In this document: in pieces, positions 61,363-64,000 of the stretch
Numbering within the stretch: the first letter of the stretch is position 1
Layout: each line of letters opens with the position of its first letter
DNA from: Cenarchaeum sp.
Lineage (GTDB): Archaea > Thermoproteota > Nitrososphaeria > Nitrososphaerales > Nitrosopumilaceae
Direction of reading: 5' to 3'
DNA: 64,000 bases
Assembly (NCBI GenBank): GCA_965242695.1
Contig: CBDESU010000002.1
Coordinates: 1-64,000 of the forward strand
Program-made: the position numbers and the translations under genes
Notes under the pieces: model-generated
The model's input: only the letters and a program-made list of their open reading frames with translations
Told to the model about the DNA's origin: nothing
Database searches by the model: none

Positions 61363-61710
61363 CTACGGCCGCCGCCCGCCCGGCGCGTCCAGCCCGTTGT
61401 GGAAGCACGTCCGCTCGCCCATGTGGCAGGCCGGCCCCGCCGGCTCTACCTGGTAGATGACGGCGTCCGAGTCGCAGTCGACCAGGATGCGCCTTACGGC
61501 CTGCGTGTTGCCCGACTCCTCGCCCTTCATCCACAGCCTGCCGCGCGAGCGGCTCCAGAACCAGGACGATCGCGTCGAGGCGGTGCGCTCCAGCGACTCG
61601 CGGTTGGCGTAGGCGAGTGTGAGCACCTCTTTTGTTTTTGCGTCCTGGACGATGACGGGGACGAGGCCGCCGCCCTTGCCAAAGTCGATCTCGTCCAGCC
61701 TCTTTTCCAC
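61363..61710 (-). CDS. hisI: Phosphoribosyl-AMP cyclohydrolase
   Basis: GLVPVIVQD, FWSRSR..LW.KGE.SGN.Q, DCD.D, GPACH...TCF. Confidence 0.96.
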   Translation of the reverse strand: MEKRLDEIDFGKGGGLVPVIVQDAKTKEVLTLAYANRESLERTASTRSSWFWSRSRGRLWMKGEESGNTQAVRRILVDCDSDAVIYQVEPAGPACHMGERTCFHNGLDAPGGRRP

Positions 61711-62098
61711 GGGCGGGCCGGGCGGGCGGGCCGTAATATTTCATGGGGTACGGGGCGGCGATGCGGAGCCTGAGGGGCGCGTCCGCTCCCCGCGTCACCC
61801 GCGTCGGGCGGCATCCGCGGCGCGGGCGGCCGCACGTTTTGGCCCGGGCCGCGGCGCGCCAGCGGCGCCCCGCATCAAAGGGCAGGCGCATCTCGCCGGC
61901 AAGCCCCTCCGAACCGCTGTCGCATGCAGGTTCCGAGCGTCCCGTCCCGCGTCCGGCCCGCCTGCAGCACCGCCGATCGCCGGGCTGCGCATGCCTGGGG
62001 GTGGCGGCCCGCAGTCCAAGCCGCCCGTCCGCCGGAAAATCGGGCCGATGCGGCCACCCTACAGGCAATCTTTATCAACCCCCGATCGGCGGGCATGC

Positions 62099-62191
62099 CG
62101 GCGACGGCGGGAGTCGAACCCGCAAGGCACTTGGTTGTGCAAGTGCCGGCGTGGTATCAGCACGCTGGGCTACCGATTGCCCATCGTCGCC
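62099..62191 (-). tRNA. Non-canonical tRNA: GAU anticodon, long variable arm, G73
   Basis: Minus strand reads GGCGACG AT GGGC AATCGGTA GCCC A GCGTG CT-GAT-AC CACGC C GGCACTTG CACAAC CAAGTGCC TT GCGGG TTCGACT CCCGC CGTCGCC G. All five stems are fully Watson-Crick paired; CCA is not encoded. Confidence 0.85.
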
Positions 62192-62217
62192 ATTTTTGCC
62201 AACAGCAGATGATTGAC

Positions 62218-62240
62218 ATACCTTGCGGCAGGGTATAATA
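62218..62240 (-). promoter_or_regulatory. Candidate TATA (TATTATA) overlapping an imperfect palindrome upstream of the tRNA
   Basis: ATACCTTGC-G-GCAGGGTAT dyad at 62218-62236 adjoining the AT-rich element at 62234-62240. Confidence 0.4.
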
Positions 62241-62602
62241 CGGCATTTGGCGGGCCGGCGCCGCGCGGCGTGCGCAGCGGGGCGGGAAGGTTGGAGGAGG
62301 ATAATGCTGGCGGGCGGCGAATATCCTGCGCCCGTCGACGGGATGCGCCAGGCCCGCCCCATGCGGCGGCAAGGAGCGTGCCTGCCCAGGCATCCTGCGA
62401 GAGCCCGCCCCCCCCCATCCGCCCGCCCGCCGGCAGCTTGCCGCGGCACAGGGCCCCCGCAGGCGCGCAGGGGGATGCCCGGCGGTCGGCGCTCTGCACG
62501 TGCACGGGGCTGGGACGAGCCGAGCGCTGGCGCGCAGGCGGCACCCCCTTGCACGGCCGCACTGCATGATAGACATAATTGATCAGCGGGCCGCGGCCTG
62601 GC

Positions 62603-63451
62603 ATGGGCGGGCAGGGCGCGGTGGCCGTCGTCACCGGCGCCTCGTCGGGCATCGGCCTAGAGACGGCCCTGCTTCTGTCCGGCTCGGGCTATGCGGTGTA
62701 CGGCTGCTCGAGAAGCCCAGAAAGGATCAAGACGGCCGCGGCCGGCAGGGACGGCGGCGCCGGCATCAAGGCGGTCAAGATGGACGTAGACGACACGACG
62801 AGCGTCAACAGGGCCGTCGCCGGCGTGCTAGGCGAGGCCGACAGGATCGACGCGCTCGTCAACTGCGCAGGGTACGCCCAGATCGGGGCGATCGAGGACA
62901 TGACGATCGGCGAGATGAGGGGCAACATGGACACCAACTTTTTCGGGACCGTACGGGCTACAAAGGCCGTCGTCCCGGCCATGCGCAGGCAGGGGGGCGG
63001 CCGCATAGTCAACGTGAGCGCCGTGGCGGGGCGCACGGGGTTTGCGTTCGGGTCGGCGTACGTGGCCTCAAAGTTCGCCGTCGAGGGGCTGACCGAGTCG
63101 CTGCGGCACGAGCTGAGGCGGTTCGGCATACGGGTGTCGACCGTCGAGCCCGGGGTCGTCAGGACCGCGTTCCACGGCAGGATGGACACGAAGGCCCCAA
63201 AGGGCTCGCCGTACGCGGACATGGTGAAGAATCTGGTCAAGAGATCGGAGCGGCTGTACGCGAACGGGGCCGACCCCAAGGACGTGGCCCGGACCATACT
63301 CGAGGTGCTCGGCGAGGACGATCCGGCCCCGCGCTGCGCGGCAGGCAGGGACGCAAGGGAGCTCTTGGAGGAAAAGGCGAGGAGGACCGACGCGCAATTT
63401 GAAGAGTACGTGCAGGACATCTACGACGACGTCATGAAGCTTGGCGACTAG
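62603..63451 (+). CDS. Short-chain dehydrogenase/reductase (SDR)
   Basis: TGASSGIG, LVNCAG, catalytic YVASK, VEPG. Confidence 0.95.
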   Translation: MGGQGAVAVVTGASSGIGLETALLLSGSGYAVYGCSRSPERIKTAAAGRDGGAGIKAVKMDVDDTTSVNRAVAGVLGEADRIDALVNCAGYAQIGAIEDMTIGEMRGNMDTNFFGTVRATKAVVPAMRRQGGGRIVNVSAVAGRTGFAFGSAYVASKFAVEGLTESLRHELRRFGIRVSTVEPGVVRTAFHGRMDTKAPKGSPYADMVKNLVKRSERLYANGADPKDVARTILEVLGEDDPAPRCAAGRDARELLEEKARRTDAQFEEYVQDIYDDVMKLGD

Positions 63452-63485
63452 CGTGCGGGCCCCGGCCCGGCGGCCGGCTCTGGCC

Positions 63486-64000
63486 CTACGTCGGCGGCGG
63501 GACGCCGCCCGGATGCTGCTCGTCCTCGGCAGCGGCGCCGGCCGCGGATGTCACCCCTGCAGACTCGGCGAGGTCTGCATCCTTGAGGAACATCGCATGC
63601 GCCTCGGCCGCGTCCAGGCCCGGGTACAGCGAGCGGAGGCGGCCGCCCGACGACGGAACTCGCTCTGCCATCTGTCCGGCATCCGGCGCGGCCCCCAGGA
63701 TGCCGGAGAGCCGCCGGTAGTCCGATCCTAGCGCCTGGAGCGCCATGGTCCGGTCGTACTCTTCGGCGCTGGCAAACTCCGTCATTGTCCCGAACAGGCC
63801 CAGGTAGTACTCGATGCCGAGGCCCGACATGCTCCGCGCCTCGTCAAAGTGCGGCGCGCGGCCGAGCTCCCTCCTCATCCGCCGGTAGTCCCTGAACAGG
63901 GCCGCCTTGGTTACGGTCGTGTCTAGGCGGGACATGCGCCCGATGATCTCGTCGGCCGCCCCCTGGAATAGGCCGTAGCTCCCAAAGCACTCGGCATAGT
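63486..64000 (-). CDS. Homing-endonuclease-associated-repeat-like protein, 5'-truncated by window edge
   Basis: Frame is open to the window end; repeats 'Y...FGSY', 'DY.R....LGRAP' and 'YY..LFGT'. Confidence 0.5.
   Translation of the reverse strand, partial: YAECFGSYGLFQGAADEIIGRMSRLDTTVTKAALFRDYRRMRRELGRAPHFDEARSMSGLGIEYYLGLFGTMTEFASAEEYDRTMALQALGSDYRRLSGILGAAPDAGQMAERVPSSGGRLRSLYPGLDAAEAHAMFLKDADLAESAGVTSAAGAAAEDEQHPGGVPPPT

Noticed and set aside
61363-61710. hisI standing apart from other his genes as a novelty
   Set aside because: Scattered his genes are common in archaea; nothing unusual in the protein.
62099-62191. tRNA-Sec or ordinary tRNA-Ile call
   Set aside because: Anticodon is GAU not UCA, and the fold is 7/5 rather than the archaeal 9/4 Sec fold. 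The long arm, G73 and A8 do not fit normal tRNA-Ile.
62213-62239. Perfect bacterial sigma70 hexamers TTGACA-N15-TATAAT on the + strand
   Set aside because: Host appears archaeal, the 15-nt spacer is suboptimal and no gene start follows closely; better read as an archaeal TATA plus dyad.

Overview
High-GC archaeal DNA, most likely a Nitrososphaerota (Thaumarchaeota, Nitrosopumilaceae-type) chromosome. The assignment is inferred from two Nitrosopumilus-type S-layer genes, a 'PAWIK..AGWWADG' C-terminal domain, a CFI-box-CTERM protein and TATA boxes ~25 nt before ATGs. All family calls come from reading motifs by eye; no HMM or BLAST search was run. (1) 1-12.6 kb: two convergent S-layer paralogs whose 3' ~1.7 kb and terminators form a near-identical inverted repeat around a 3-kb spacer. 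(2) ~15-60 kb: a large defence/toxin-antitoxin-rich accessory region. It holds about 13 copies of a two-gene cassette (DUF5678-like small protein plus overlapping retropepsin-like aspartic protease), in which 11 first genes are intact but only 2 proteases are. It also holds three SRA-like domains fused to RelB-like or HicB-like antitoxin modules (one followed by an intact RelE-like toxin), DISARM-like drmA-drmB with no adjacent methyltransferase or drmC, a HEPN-TPR protein, an AAA_14/DUF4143 ATPase, PIN toxins and a decayed DUF262 gene. (3) 55-64 kb: an aldehyde dehydrogenase, hisI, an SDR, and a fully paired tRNA-like gene that combines an Ile (GAU) anticodon with a long variable arm and G73 (Ser-like identity). 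The strongest candidates for something undescribed are the DUF5678-protease cassette family, the SRA-fused antitoxins and the non-canonical tRNA. Some frameshifts could be assembly errors.
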